Shown: positions 1-9,922 of the stretch, piece by piece
How the letters are laid out: the number at the start of each line of letters is the position of its first letter
Position numbering within the stretch: position 1 is the stretch's first letter
Virus record (IMG/VR): IMGVR_UViG_3300028197_001221
Span: 1 to 64,000 of that record
Direction: 5' to 3' (one strand)
Length of the DNA: 64,000 bases
Source: a virus
The notes under the pieces: generated by a model
Seen by the model: the letters and a program-made list of their open reading frames with translations, nothing else
Told to the model about the DNA's origin: nothing
The model's database searches: none
Translations under genes and position numbers: made by a program

Positions 1-1
1 T

Positions 2-256
2 CAACATCCCATTGCTTTTGGTGCAGAATATGATGTAGATGGCTATGTGGTTTCTCAAGGAAAACCTTTAAGTTATACCGGAACTCAATCTTCTGGATCA
101 CCAGCGGGATCTAATGTTCAATTTTATTATGGAACAGTCACTCTAACAGTCACTGGTGATATTGGAACAGCTTCTTATGTCTGCCTTAATCATGGATACA
201 TGGGTGGAGAAGATAATCTGATATATGACACATCGTGTCCACCACCTACAACATAA
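2..256 (+). CDS. C-terminal end of a probable virion protein with cupredoxin-like (His...Cys-x2-His-x2-Met) motif; 5' truncated by window
   Basis: Frame is open from base 2 (QHPIAFGAEYDVDGYV...) and ends ...SYVCLNHGYMGGED...CPPPTT*. Confidence 0.55.
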   Translation, partial: QHPIAFGAEYDVDGYVVSQGKPLSYTGTQSSGSPAGSNVQFYYGTVTLTVTGDIGTASYVCLNHGYMGGEDNLIYDTSCPPPTT

Positions 257-277
257 CGATGGCAGATGTGGGTAAAT

Positions 278-289
278 GTGTATATAATA
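278..289 (+). promoter_or_regulatory. candidate phage (late) promoter motif GTGTATATAATA
   Basis: Intergenic, 44 nt upstream of ATG 322; a near-identical copy lies 44 nt upstream of the virion gene starting at 35439 (- strand). Confidence 0.5.
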
Positions 290-321
290 TTGTACGCTAA
301 TCACACAAAAGAGGTTTCAAA

Positions 322-1179
322 ATGGCAGATTATAGTAAAACAAGAATTCAATTTCGCAGAGGAACAGCCGCTGAATTGTCTGCTGCTAATCCAAAATTAG
401 GAGTAGGAGAACCAGCCTTCGCTACTGATACCAATGTTTTAAAAATTGGAGATGGGTCAGACAATTATAATGATTTAAGCGGGATAACGGGCGGTGGCGG
501 TGGCGGTGGTGGAACTATGAGTAACCTTACCGACGATGACTCTCCACAACTTGGTGGAGATTTAGACGTTCATGGTAAAGACTTTCTCAGTAGTTCTGGA
601 ATTTTTAATTTCACTACTGCAACTGGTAGCACTACGCCCATAATTAATCTTATTCCTCCTGCCTCACACTTTGACACTGAAATCAGACTACATACAAATA
701 ATACTGGTACTTCTTATCAAGATCTTATAAATGATCAAGGCTTTCTTAAACTTAGAACTAACGATTTAAATCCTATCGGTATATATACAAACGGTCAAGA
801 AAGAATCAACATTTCAAACGTTGGTGTTATAAAGTTTAATCAAGCTGGAGATGCGTATACATTTCCAACAACTAGAGGTTCTGCAAACCAATTTTTACAG
901 ACAGACACTAATGGTAACATTACTTTTGAAAGTGTGGATACTGCAAGCTTTTCTGCATCCACCCTCGTAACAGAGTCAGAAGGTATTGCTAATAACGATA
1001 ACGATACTACTATACCAACCTCTGCTGCTGTTAAAGATTATATAGATACTAACGTCCCCTCAAGTGACACATCTAGTACTCCCAACGCTACAGCTGTAAC
1101 TAATATTGTAATGATAAGTCAAAGTGATTATGATAATCTTTCTAGCGTTGATGCAAATACAGTATATTTTATAACATAA
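322..1179 (+). CDS. tail fibre-type protein with Mtd_N/hyaluronidase-N-like N-terminal domain
   Basis: RIQFRRGTAAELSAANPKLGVGEPAFATDTNVLKIGDG; DSPQLGGDLDV and IPTSAAVKDYID fibre motifs; C-terminal ISQSDYDNL..DANTVYFI; GAGG RBS. Confidence 0.75.
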   Translation: MADYSKTRIQFRRGTAAELSAANPKLGVGEPAFATDTNVLKIGDGSDNYNDLSGITGGGGGGGGTMSNLTDDDSPQLGGDLDVHGKDFLSSSGIFNFTTATGSTTPIINLIPPASHFDTEIRLHTNNTGTSYQDLINDQGFLKLRTNDLNPIGIYTNGQERINISNVGVIKFNQAGDAYTFPTTRGSANQFLQTDTNGNITFESVDTASFSASTLVTESEGIANNDNDTTIPTSAAVKDYIDTNVPSSDTSSTPNATAVTNIVMISQSDYDNLSSVDANTVYFIT

Positions 1180-1211
1180 ATAGCCCACATGTAATATTAA
1201 GGTGATTTAAT

Positions 1212-2543
1212 ATGAGCGCTTTTGCTTCTGGTGTTTATGCGGGCAGTCTTGAAATATCAACGCTGTACGCTGGAGAAACACAAATTCTAGGTCTTGTCGG
1301 GTGTGAAGATACAATCTATGTTCCCGAAAAAAAACCTGTTAGCGTAGATGTTCTTCTGGTTGGAGGTGGTGCTGGTGGAGGAACTGCGTTTGGTGGTGGT
1401 GGTGGTGGATCTGGAGGATATAGAGAATATACAAAACTTTTCTATTTTGATAAAAATTACAATGTAACTATTGGTGCTGGAGGTAGTGCTAGTAGTGGAA
1501 CTGCTTCTAGTGCTAATGGAAGTAGCAGCTCTATCGAAAGAATAGCAGACGGAGGCGGTGGTGGAGGAACTGGCGGCATTGGGGCTGATGGAGGTTCTGG
1601 AGGTGGAGGCTATGCTATAAGTAGTAGCGATGGAGGTGACTCCAAAACTACTAGATGTAATCGTCCATCTCAAGGAAACTCTGGCAGTTCTGGCAATGGA
1701 GCATTTGCACAAGCTGGTGGTGGTGGCGGTGCTTCCTCTAATGGTGGTGCTAGTGGGTCAGGTGGTGATGGATCAGCAAGCTCTATTACTGGATCTAGTG
1801 TGACTAGAGCAGGAGGAGGCGGTGGTGGAGATACATCTGGTGGATTTGGTAATACTGCCACTCCCGGCACTGGAGGTTCTGGAGGAGGTGGAGCTGGAGG
1901 GACAGGCAACCAATCTAATGATACTTCACAAGCTACTGGCAATAACGGAGCATTAAACACTGGCAGCGGTGGAGGTGGTGGTGCATATTACAAAAATGGC
2001 TCAACTAACGTTTCAGGCTCTGGTGGTAATGGTGGTTCTGGTTTTATATGCATGAAATATCACAATAGTTTTGAAATGGAAATTGGTTCTGGCTTGACTA
2101 GTTCAACAGCAACGTCTGGAGATTATAAAATAACGCAACTTACAGCTGGCACAGATAACATTAGTTTTAGTTCAGCACCAATACTTACCATAGCTAAAAT
2201 TTCAGACGGTTCAAGTAGCTATGCTGTAGAAGTAGTCTTTTCTTTAAGTACCCTTCCCACAGGAACTACTCAACTAAAATATACAATTAGCGGAACTGGC
2301 TCTACAAGTACTGTCGTTACTATCCCAACCAGTACTGCTTCTAATACAACTCATAATGGCACGGGAGGAACAAGTAGCTTTAGAAGTAGATACAACAGTT
2401 CAACAAACCAAGGTAGGTTTTATCACGGTCCCGGTGACGATGTTACAAACATATCACTTACAGTTGAAGCTTTAAACAGTAGTAGTACAACATTAGGAAC
2501 ATCGAACACATTAACCGGCCTTAAAATAGACGAAGACGGATAA
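1212..2543 (+). CDS. glycine-rich domain virion protein
   Basis: VDVLLVGGGAGGG...YNVTIGAGG...NTGSGGGGG...GGNGGSG pattern of phage Gly-rich domains. Confidence 0.75.
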   Translation: MSAFASGVYAGSLEISTLYAGETQILGLVGCEDTIYVPEKKPVSVDVLLVGGGAGGGTAFGGGGGGSGGYREYTKLFYFDKNYNVTIGAGGSASSGTASSANGSSSSIERIADGGGGGGTGGIGADGGSGGGGYAISSSDGGDSKTTRCNRPSQGNSGSSGNGAFAQAGGGGGASSNGGASGSGGDGSASSITGSSVTRAGGGGGGDTSGGFGNTATPGTGGSGGGGAGGTGNQSNDTSQATGNNGALNTGSGGGGGAYYKNGSTNVSGSGGNGGSGFICMKYHNSFEMEIGSGLTSSTATSGDYKITQLTAGTDNISFSSAPILTIAKISDGSSSYAVEVVFSLSTLPTGTTQLKYTISGTGSTSTVVTIPTSTASNTTHNGTGGTSSFRSRYNSSTNQGRFYHGPGDDVTNISLTVEALNSSSTTLGTSNTLTGLKIDEDG

Positions 2544-2555
2544 AGGAGATTATAA

Positions 2556-2927
2556 ATGGCACATTATGCATTATTAGATGAAAATAATATAGTTGTACAA
2601 GTAATTACTGGTAAAGATGAGGGTGAAACTAACTGGGAAGAATATTACTCAAATCATACTGGTAAAACTTGCAAGAGAACATCATACAACTCAAGAGGTG
2701 GTGAACACTCTATGCCTGATTGCGAATGTTTTCGTAAAAATTATGCAGGTATAGATTATTATTATGATGAATCTAAAGATGCTTTTATTCCACCAAAACC
2801 GTATAATAGTTGGGTATTAAATGAAAATACATGCACTTGGGATTCTCCCACTCCTATGCCAACAGATAGTGTATATTATTGGGATGAAAATATATTAAAC
2901 TGGGTGTCTTATGACGACGACCTCTAA
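2556..2927 (+). CDS. conserved phage protein typically next to Gly-rich tail proteins
   Basis: MAHYALLDENNIVVQVI...RTSYN...FRKNYAGI.Y.YD...DAFIPPKPY.SWVL..TCTW; AAGGAG RBS. Confidence 0.7.
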   Translation: MAHYALLDENNIVVQVITGKDEGETNWEEYYSNHTGKTCKRTSYNSRGGEHSMPDCECFRKNYAGIDYYYDESKDAFIPPKPYNSWVLNENTCTWDSPTPMPTDSVYYWDENILNWVSYDDDL

Positions 2928-2942
2928 TAAGGAGAAAATATA

Positions 2943-3185
2943 ATGGGTGTAGTATCAACAACAGATGTAGTAACAAATCCAGACACGACAAGAGAAGTAG
3001 CAAGAAACGCTAGTGTTGTTTGTTCTTGTCTTCCAACTGGCGAATATTTTACTGTAGATACAAATACAGATAGTAACTTTGTCAACTTTGACACAAGTTT
3101 AACTTACGCTGCAATCGAAACAATATACACAAGTAGATTTGATGATATTGGATATTATAATGCGGTTGATGGGGGAACTCCTTGA
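2943..3185 (+). CDS. hypothetical protein
   Basis: AAGGAG RBS; stop overlaps next start. Confidence 0.6.
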   Translation: MGVVSTTDVVTNPDTTREVARNASVVCSCLPTGEYFTVDTNTDSNFVNFDTSLTYAAIETIYTSRFDDIGYYNAVDGGTP

Positions 3186-3589
3186 TGAATAAACGTGGAC
3201 TCAACATTCTGTTTATAACAGTAGCTTTAGCTGCTTTTAGTATGACGTATGTAAATAAAGTGAATGTACAAAAACCTTGGAATATAGGTTTTGATAATTC
3301 ATTTGGAGTCAACAAAGAAGATATAACAGATATGTATTCTGATTACATTGACATTTGGAAGACAGATATTAAAAAATCTTTTGATAAAGCGGAGTCAGAA
3401 ATATATAAAGTTCCATCTCCTGATATATTAGGACCAGACCCTGATCCTAAAAAATGTATTTGCGGTGGTAGCGGAGTCATTGTTCATGGAGACGGACATA
3501 AAACTACATGTCCATATCATGGCAAGAAAATGTCTCAAATTATACAAGAAAACAATTTAATTTATAAACCTCTTTTGATTTTGGAGTAA
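3182..3589 (+). CDS. exported/membrane-anchored protein with Cys/His motif
   Basis: N-terminal hydrophobic helix; CICGGSG...HGDGHKTTCPYH. Confidence 0.6.
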   Translation: MMNKRGLNILFITVALAAFSMTYVNKVNVQKPWNIGFDNSFGVNKEDITDMYSDYIDIWKTDIKKSFDKAESEIYKVPSPDILGPDPDPKKCICGGSGVIVHGDGHKTTCPYHGKKMSQIIQENNLIYKPLLILE

Positions 3590-3592
3590 CAA

Positions 3593-3874
3593 ATGGACAT
3601 AGATACTGTAATTAGATTAGCAGCTGTTGGTTTGGCGGCAGCATTGTTGTTGTCAGCGGTTGATATTAGCGTAGTATTTTCTAAAGTAAAAGGCGTATTT
3701 AAATGGCCTTTTAAAAAGAGAGAAGTTGTTGTAGTAGAACCAGACCCAGAAGTTAAATTTTTACACATTGTAGATTTGTGGCATAAATTAAAGACTAGCT
3801 GTGATGAACAAGGGCTAAACGAAGCTACGGAAAAATTAGACGAAGTTTTTCCTCTCCTAAACTCGGAGGGCTAA
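3593..3874 (+). CDS. small membrane protein
   Basis: N-terminal hydrophobic helix LAAVGLAAALLLSAV; GGAG RBS. Confidence 0.6.
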   Translation: MDIDTVIRLAAVGLAAALLLSAVDISVVFSKVKGVFKWPFKKREVVVVEPDPEVKFLHIVDLWHKLKTSCDEQGLNEATEKLDEVFPLLNSEG

Positions 3875-3875
3875 G

Positions 3876-4349
3876 ATGAACAAAACTAAAAAAATCCTTC
3901 TTGCTTTATTGTTAATGGTATATGGAGTTTTTGGTAGTGAATTTAGTTCAATACTATCAAACATAATACCAACTCCAGAACCACCAGCTGCTAAAATATT
4001 AGATATTAGCAAGCCTACAGACGAAATAGTTAATCGAGTCAAAATATTTTCTGATTTAATTACTGATCCAGATGACAGAGCGAAGATGGCTATATTTAAT
4101 TATGAATTTGCAAAGCGTGTTACTGAGTATAATACTAATGCTCAACAAGTAAACGATGTTTATTCTTTAGCTGGTAAGAGTTTTTTTAATAAAACAATGC
4201 TAAACAAGTATGACAATTTAGCAGAAGAAATTGTAGAATTAATGTCAGAATGTGTGGGTGAACAGAACAAGTCTGTTACAGAAGCTGAAAAACAAAAACT
4301 GCATGATTATTTTATGGGCATAGCGTGGGTTTTAATTCATAAGGAGTAA
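3876..4349 (+). CDS. exported/membrane-anchored hypothetical protein
   Basis: Basic N-terminus, hydrophobic helix and PTPEPP linker; GGAGG RBS. Confidence 0.6.
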   Translation: MNKTKKILLALLLMVYGVFGSEFSSILSNIIPTPEPPAAKILDISKPTDEIVNRVKIFSDLITDPDDRAKMAIFNYEFAKRVTEYNTNAQQVNDVYSLAGKSFFNKTMLNKYDNLAEEIVELMSECVGEQNKSVTEAEKQKLHDYFMGIAWVLIHKE

Positions 4350-4352
4350 AAT

Positions 4353-5015
4353 ATGTCGCCAAAAGAAATTAATGATTCATTAATAAAATTATTCTCGAAT
4401 GAGGGAATGGAAGTAAATGGATTTAAAATTAAAGCAAAGTCTCCTTTCGTAGCTAATATTGAGAATGAAGATAGCTTAACAGTTATATCCTTTGGAACCA
4501 ATCAGCTTAAAGCTGAAATCACAAAAATAATTACTGTATATGCATACATTGAGCAAATCGTTTTTGGTAAAACAGGAGGTTCTATTAAGCTAAGAAATTT
4601 TCCAGACTTTAGTTTTTCTTATAACTCTTTTGGAGATGCTTGCTGCGAGAATAAAGACAGTGCAGATTGTTTTAAAAATAACATAAGGTCACTCTGTCAA
4701 AATGTTGAAACTGAAATTTGTCACAAATACGAAGGTCAAGATACTTATAAAGAAGTTGCAAAAAAGTGTTTGCAATATGCAGAAGAATGGACTACAATAT
4801 GTCATGACTCAGGCATAAGATTTAACGGTAGTGATCACATTGATCGTTATACTCTTCGTAGTGAGTGTTACGATTTTGTAAAAGATAACATTGAAGAGGA
4901 TGTAAAAAAACGATATGGCTCCATTGTACTAACTTGGTTGTTCATGTACGTTGTGCTTCCCATGATTATAAAATGGGTTGTGAACAGAGTCTTAGAGCGT
5001 TTATTTAACGATTAA
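4353..5015 (+). CDS. hypothetical protein with C-terminal membrane helix
   Basis: YGSIVLTWLFMYVVLPMIIKWVV at C-terminus; Cys-rich middle; AAGGAG RBS. Confidence 0.6.
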   Translation: MSPKEINDSLIKLFSNEGMEVNGFKIKAKSPFVANIENEDSLTVISFGTNQLKAEITKIITVYAYIEQIVFGKTGGSIKLRNFPDFSFSYNSFGDACCENKDSADCFKNNIRSLCQNVETEICHKYEGQDTYKEVAKKCLQYAEEWTTICHDSGIRFNGSDHIDRYTLRSECYDFVKDNIEEDVKKRYGSIVLTWLFMYVVLPMIIKWVVNRVLERLFND

Positions 5016-5051
5016 AATATTTTATTTCTTTAGAAAAGACGGGGAAGGTAT

Positions 5052-7265
5052 ATGTCAATCAAGTCATTGATGAATTATACGTTTGTATCTAAATACGCAA
5101 GATGGGACGAGCAAAAAGAAAGAAGAGAAACTTGGAGTGAATCAGTTGATAGAGTAAAGCAAATGATGTGTGACAAATACATCTATGATCCTACAGACAA
5201 AGAATCACAACAAAAAAATAAGCAAATAATTAAATCAATTGATCAAGCATACGAGGACATGAAAAAGAAAAAGATACTTGGTTCTCAGAGAGCCTTACAG
5301 TTTGGAGGCTCTCCAGTATTCAAGCATAATTCTAGAATATATAATTGTATTGCTTCATATATTGATAGAACAAGATTTTTTCAAGAGTGTATGTATTTAT
5401 TGTTATGCGGGTGTGGCACTGGTTTCTCTGTACAAAAACACCACATTGATAAATTGCCCAATTTAATTAAAGGTAAAAATGGTCAGAAGAAGTTTGTTAT
5501 ACAAGATTCTATAGAAGGTTGGTCAGACGCTGTAGGCGTTCTTGTTTCTAGTTATTTTAAAGGGTCTGATCTTTTTCCTGAATACAATGGTAAGACAGTT
5601 GTTTTTGATTACTCAGAAATACGTCCAGCAGGCTCTTATTTAAAGTCTAGCGGAGGTAAAGCTCCCGGTCCAGAACCTTTAAAGAAAGCTCTTGTGAGTA
5701 TAAAGAAGACGTTTGATATCGCTATTAAAAATGGTCAAAAGAAAATTAAACCTATCGAAGCGTATGATATCGTAATGTTTGCTGCTGATGCTGTAATTAG
5801 CGGAGGTGTTCGTCGTAGTGCTACAATTTGTTTATTTTCTGCTGATGATGAAGAGATGGCTAAAGCCAAAACTGGCAGTTGGTTTACAGAAAATCCACAG
5901 CGTGGACGATCAAACAATTCTGCTTTACTGCTGCGAAATGAAACAACTAAAGAACAATTTTCTGAACTAATGCAGTCTGTTAAAGAGTTTGGAGAACCGG
6001 GATTTGTCTGGTCTGACTCTACGGAATTGATTGTAAACCCTTGTGTAGAAATTGGGATGTGGCCTGTAGATGAAGAAACTGGTGAAACTGGTTGGCAAGC
6101 CTGCAATTTGTCTACGATAAACTGTTCTAAAATAACTACAAAAAAAGAATTTTATGAAGCTTGTGCTTCTGCTGCGGTTATTGGCACATTACAAGCGGGG
6201 TTTGATAGTTTTCCATATCTTGGCGAAGTTTCAGAAAGAATTATTAGCCGAGAAGCATTACTAGGTGTGTCAATGACAGGCGTTATGGAACAACATGAAA
6301 TTTGTCTTGACCCTGAAGTACAAAAGAGGGGTGCGGAGATAGTTAAAGAAACAAATAAGGAATTAGCAGAACTAATTGGTGTCAATCAAGCAGCTAGGAC
6401 TACTTGTGTAAAACCAGAAGGAACTTCTAGCTGTATCCTTGGAACATCTTCTGGTATACATCCTCACCACGCAAAGAGATATATTCGTAGAGTTCAAGCA
6501 AATAAAATGGAACCAATCTATCAGCATTTTAAAACAATTAATCCTAGAGCTTGTGAAGAATCTGTATGGTCTAACAATGATTCAGATGACGTAGTAGCAT
6601 TTTGCGTAGAAGTTCCAGACGGTGCAAAGATTAAAAATCAAGTTGGTGCAGTTGACCTTCTTGAATATGTCAAAAGTACACAAAAAAATTGGGTTATGAA
6701 TGGTACGAATCCAAAACAATGTACTAAACCTTGGCTAACACATAATGTTTCTAACACTATCAATGTAAGACCAGATGAGTGGGAAGATGTAACAGCGTTC
6801 ATTTATAAAAATCGTAAACACTTCTGCGGTGTGTCTTTACTTCCAATCGCTGGAGATAAAGATTATGCACAAGCACCTTTCACGACTGTCTATCTTCCTA
6901 GCGAACAAATACAAATGTATGGTGATGCAACAATGTTTGTTAGTGGTCTGATAGAAGTGGGACTGTCTCTCTATGAAGATAATTTGTGGGCGGCTTGTGA
7001 TAGCTTGTTAGGTGTTGGAGCAAAGGCAAAGGGTAGCGATAAGAAAGCATACCAAGATAAATGCCAGAAGTTTGCTGACAAATATATGGATTCTGATTTA
7101 AAAAGACTAACGTACTGTATGAAAGATGTTTATAATTGGAAAGAATGGTTAGACATAAAACGTGAATACAAGGATGTAGATTACACGCAAGTTATAGAAA
7201 AAGAAAATAATGTAAATCCGGTACAAGAAGTAGCTTGCGCTGGCGGTAAATGCGATATAATTTAG
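5052..7265 (+). CDS. nrdJ: class II (adenosylcobalamin-dependent) ribonucleotide reductase
   Basis: KYAR...RETW; YNC; GTGFSV; GGVRRSA; NPCVE finger loop; CNL; TCVKPEGTSS; C-terminal CAGGKC; no R2 gene adjacent. Confidence 0.92.
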   Translation: MSIKSLMNYTFVSKYARWDEQKERRETWSESVDRVKQMMCDKYIYDPTDKESQQKNKQIIKSIDQAYEDMKKKKILGSQRALQFGGSPVFKHNSRIYNCIASYIDRTRFFQECMYLLLCGCGTGFSVQKHHIDKLPNLIKGKNGQKKFVIQDSIEGWSDAVGVLVSSYFKGSDLFPEYNGKTVVFDYSEIRPAGSYLKSSGGKAPGPEPLKKALVSIKKTFDIAIKNGQKKIKPIEAYDIVMFAADAVISGGVRRSATICLFSADDEEMAKAKTGSWFTENPQRGRSNNSALLLRNETTKEQFSELMQSVKEFGEPGFVWSDSTELIVNPCVEIGMWPVDEETGETGWQACNLSTINCSKITTKKEFYEACASAAVIGTLQAGFDSFPYLGEVSERIISREALLGVSMTGVMEQHEICLDPEVQKRGAEIVKETNKELAELIGVNQAARTTCVKPEGTSSCILGTSSGIHPHHAKRYIRRVQANKMEPIYQHFKTINPRACEESVWSNNDSDDVVAFCVEVPDGAKIKNQVGAVDLLEYVKSTQKNWVMNGTNPKQCTKPWLTHNVSNTINVRPDEWEDVTAFIYKNRKHFCGVSLLPIAGDKDYAQAPFTTVYLPSEQIQMYGDATMFVSGLIEVGLSLYEDNLWAACDSLLGVGAKAKGSDKKAYQDKCQKFADKYMDSDLKRLTYCMKDVYNWKEWLDIKREYKDVDYTQVIEKENNVNPVQEVACAGGKCDII

Positions 7266-7276
7266 GAGGAATATTA

Positions 7277-7705
7277 ATGATGGGATTTGTATCATATAAA
7301 TTGTTAACCAAGACGGCACAGATGCCATTTAAGTCACATAGATCAGACGCTGGATTTGATTTGATTGCTGACGAAAACACATGGGTATTTGGAAGAGAAC
7401 GACAAACAATTAAAACTGGTATATCTTTTGATATGCCTGACAATATGGCTGGATTAATTTGGCCTAGATCTGGCCTAGCAGTAAAGAAAGGCATGGATGT
7501 TTTAGCTGGAGTTATAGATTCTGGCTACAGGGGAGAGATCATGGTTTGTTTATACAATACTTCTGATGTAGATGTAGAAATAAAACGTGGGGATAGAATC
7601 GCGCAGATTATATTCCAAGAGGTTCCCGTCATCTCTTTAATGTTAAGAGAGGAATTGGAGACCTCCCAACGAGGGAGTAATGGTTTTGGCAGCACAGGCA
7701 CATAA
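7277..7705 (+). CDS. dut: trimeric dUTPase
   Basis: AGFDL, PRSGLA, GVIDSGYRGE, GDRIAQ, RGSNGFGSTG; start moved to ATG 7277 after AGGAGG. Confidence 0.95.
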   Translation: MMGFVSYKLLTKTAQMPFKSHRSDAGFDLIADENTWVFGRERQTIKTGISFDMPDNMAGLIWPRSGLAVKKGMDVLAGVIDSGYRGEIMVCLYNTSDVDVEIKRGDRIAQIIFQEVPVISLMLREELETSQRGSNGFGSTGT

Positions 7706-8363
7706 TAATCGAAAAAAGCGTCAAGAAAAAAAAGCATTTAAACCAAACGTACTGGAGGCTAAGACTGAGAATCAAAAAAATTATATTAGATCTATTGTAG
7801 AAAACGACGTTGTTTTTTGCACAGGTCCATCTGGTAGTGGTAAATCTTTCATAGCAGCTGGAATTGCAGCACAAAAATTACTTAAAGATGAAATAGATAC
7901 TATTATTGTTACCAGACCTTTAGTTTGTACAGGTAGAGATCTTGGATCTTTGCCGGGAGAACTAAACGATAAAATTAAACCATATCTACAGCCTATGGAA
8001 GAAAATCTAAAATTCTTTTTAGGTAGAGACAAATTTGGAATGTATTTTAATCAACGTAGAATTAGATTTGAACCTCTAGAAACTATGAGGGGATCAACAT
8101 TTCATGACTCTTATATGATACTGGATGAGGCTCAGAACTGTACTCTAGAACAGATTAAGATGTTTGTTACACGTATGGGCAAACATTCTAAAGTGCTTAT
8201 AAATGGAGATAATAAACAAACAGACATCTTTAAATATAGCGGTTTAGATACTTGTGTTGAAAAATTATCTAACATTGAAGGTGTTGGAATCTCTAAATTA
8301 GAGTATCATGATATACAGAGGAATGGTATTATTGGAGCAGTACTATATGCTTTGGAATCATGA
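7680..8363 (+). CDS. phoH: PhoH-family ATPase
   Basis: GPSGSGKS, LGSLPG, MRGSTF, ILDEAQN, TRMG, GD..QTD; start may be TTG 7686. Confidence 0.93.
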   Translation: MVLAAQAHNNRKKRQEKKAFKPNVLEAKTENQKNYIRSIVENDVVFCTGPSGSGKSFIAAGIAAQKLLKDEIDTIIVTRPLVCTGRDLGSLPGELNDKIKPYLQPMEENLKFFLGRDKFGMYFNQRRIRFEPLETMRGSTFHDSYMILDEAQNCTLEQIKMFVTRMGKHSKVLINGDNKQTDIFKYSGLDTCVEKLSNIEGVGISKLEYHDIQRNGIIGAVLYALES

Positions 8364-8542
8364 AAATAACAGAAGAACAAATCGCTAAAATAGTTAGACT
8401 ATGTAGCGATAAAATACTTGACCAGAGAAAACATGAATCTACCGCTGGATATGGTGAAGACTATGCCGATGGCAGAATTGTTGGTCAAGCCGCACTTGCT
8501 AGAAGAATATTATTGATTATAAGAGGACATGATGTTATATGA
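8360..8542 (+). CDS. hypothetical protein
   Basis: ATGA overlap with phoH stop; fills operon gap. Confidence 0.6.
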   Translation: MKITEEQIAKIVRLCSDKILDQRKHESTAGYGEDYADGRIVGQAALARRILLIIRGHDVI

Positions 8543-8873
8543 TTACGGGTGTCACGAATGTGGCGAGACTCTTAAGGATGTAAAACAATCTATTCATGAC
8601 GAAGCATTGACTTTATGCCCATCATGTGGTAAACATTCTTTAGAAAGAGTACCATATGGTGGGCTTGGTTCTTTTATGAAGAACAGTTCTAATACAATTG
8701 GCGGTCAGGCAGATAAAAACTGGTCTAAAATGGGTCATTATCAAAAGTCAGAGATAGAAGCCAAACGAGAGCAAGAACAAGGTCCAGCCCGTGATAAAAA
8801 ACAATTAAGAAAAAAAATAAGTAACATGTCAGAATCTCAAAAGAGGAACTATATTTTAAAGGGTGACACATGA
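8529..8873 (+). CDS. FmdB-family zinc-ribbon protein
   Basis: YDYGCHECG...LTLCPSCG..SLER. Confidence 0.8.
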   Translation: MMLYDYGCHECGETLKDVKQSIHDEALTLCPSCGKHSLERVPYGGLGSFMKNSSNTIGGQADKNWSKMGHYQKSEIEAKREQEQGPARDKKQLRKKISNMSESQKRNYILKGDT

Positions 8874-9190
8874 TAAACAATAACGATATAAACGAAGTTA
8901 TAGAGACATCTTATAATGTCAAAGGTTTGATAGCTGGTAGAACAGAAAAATCTTGTGCTACTAAAATTAATATAAAACTTACTAACGGTACAGATCAAAC
9001 TAAATTTCAAGTATTGACACACGGTAATATTTTGTTTAATCCTCTTGGTGCTGATTCTTATAAAATTACTAGTAGAGAATCAAAAATGAAAGTAGTGAGT
9101 GAAAAAACATTTGATTATTACGTCAAATTTTTACGTACAAAGAATAATTTATACATGACCTATGCAAACAGGAGTTTTATAGATGGCTAA
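8870..9190 (+). CDS. hypothetical protein
   Basis: Coupled ORF in operon. Confidence 0.6.
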   Translation: MINNNDINEVIETSYNVKGLIAGRTEKSCATKINIKLTNGTDQTKFQVLTHGNILFNPLGADSYKITSRESKMKVVSEKTFDYYVKFLRTKNNLYMTYANRSFIDG

Positions 9191-9488
9191 AAAAGGACCA
9201 CTAGGAAAAGCAGAGACTTTTTATATTGATAATCATTTTCAAGATTCTACAGCAGAAGATTTAGCTAAAGATCTTGATAGAACCGTTAGGGCCGTAAGAA
9301 GTTACATAAAAAAGACACATCTCAGTAATACAAATGCAAACCCTGCTGGACAACATTTTGCTAGACAGAGTGGTGCTACCATTATGACAGAGACTGCATC
9401 TCAGGTTGCAGATCATAATAGACAAAGAAGTATGACGCAACCATCTTGTATTACTAATATTAAAGAAGAAACGGACAAATCAAAATGA
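9183..9488 (+). CDS. small HTH-like protein
   Basis: TAEDLAKDLDRTVRAVRSYI helix-turn-helix pattern; AGGAG RBS. Confidence 0.55.
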   Translation: MAKKGPLGKAETFYIDNHFQDSTAEDLAKDLDRTVRAVRSYIKKTHLSNTNANPAGQHFARQSGATIMTETASQVADHNRQRSMTQPSCITNIKEETDKSK

Positions 9489-9922
9489 TTATTGTAGGAG
9501 AGAGAAAATGGTCGTTAGAATATCAAAAGGGCGACAAGCCCGATCACGTTTGGGTTTATGCTAAAATAAAAAATGAGAAAATTTATTTTGAAACATTTGA
9601 TGATTGGCTAACTTTCGTAAAAACATTTGATCATAATGTTAGTTCTAAAATTGAAGCCATAGGCTTTCAATATAAATCTCATACGAATGAAAAGAACGCT
9701 AAAGAATCTGATGGTGTTTATTTGATTAAATGTATTAAGGGTGTCATGGGAGGACCAGCACAAGATACATATATAACAGGAATTGTAAAGGGTGATCAAG
9801 TGCATAAAACAACGTGGTCTTTACCAGCGCTGTTGCCAGAAGAAGAGTGTGTAGAAAAAATTGAATCATGTTTTGAAGAGGCATTAGTTAGTTATGGCAA
9901 AGAGAAGGCCGGAATTATTTAA
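9485..9922 (+). CDS. hypothetical protein
   Basis: Coupled ORF in operon. Confidence 0.6.
   Translation: MIIVGERKWSLEYQKGDKPDHVWVYAKIKNEKIYFETFDDWLTFVKTFDHNVSSKIEAIGFQYKSHTNEKNAKESDGVYLIKCIKGVMGGPAQDTYITGIVKGDQVHKTTWSLPALLPEEECVEKIESCFEEALVSYGKEKAGII

Noticed and set aside
322-1179. Diversity-generating retroelement suggested by the Mtd_N-like domain
   Set aside because: No reverse transcriptase, no TR/VR repeat pair and no C-type lectin variable region seen in the window.
1287-1960. Antisense Ser/Thr- and Pro-rich ORFs
   Set aside because: Shadows of GGN codons in the Gly-rich gene; the same applies to 60986-61301 and other short antisense ORFs.
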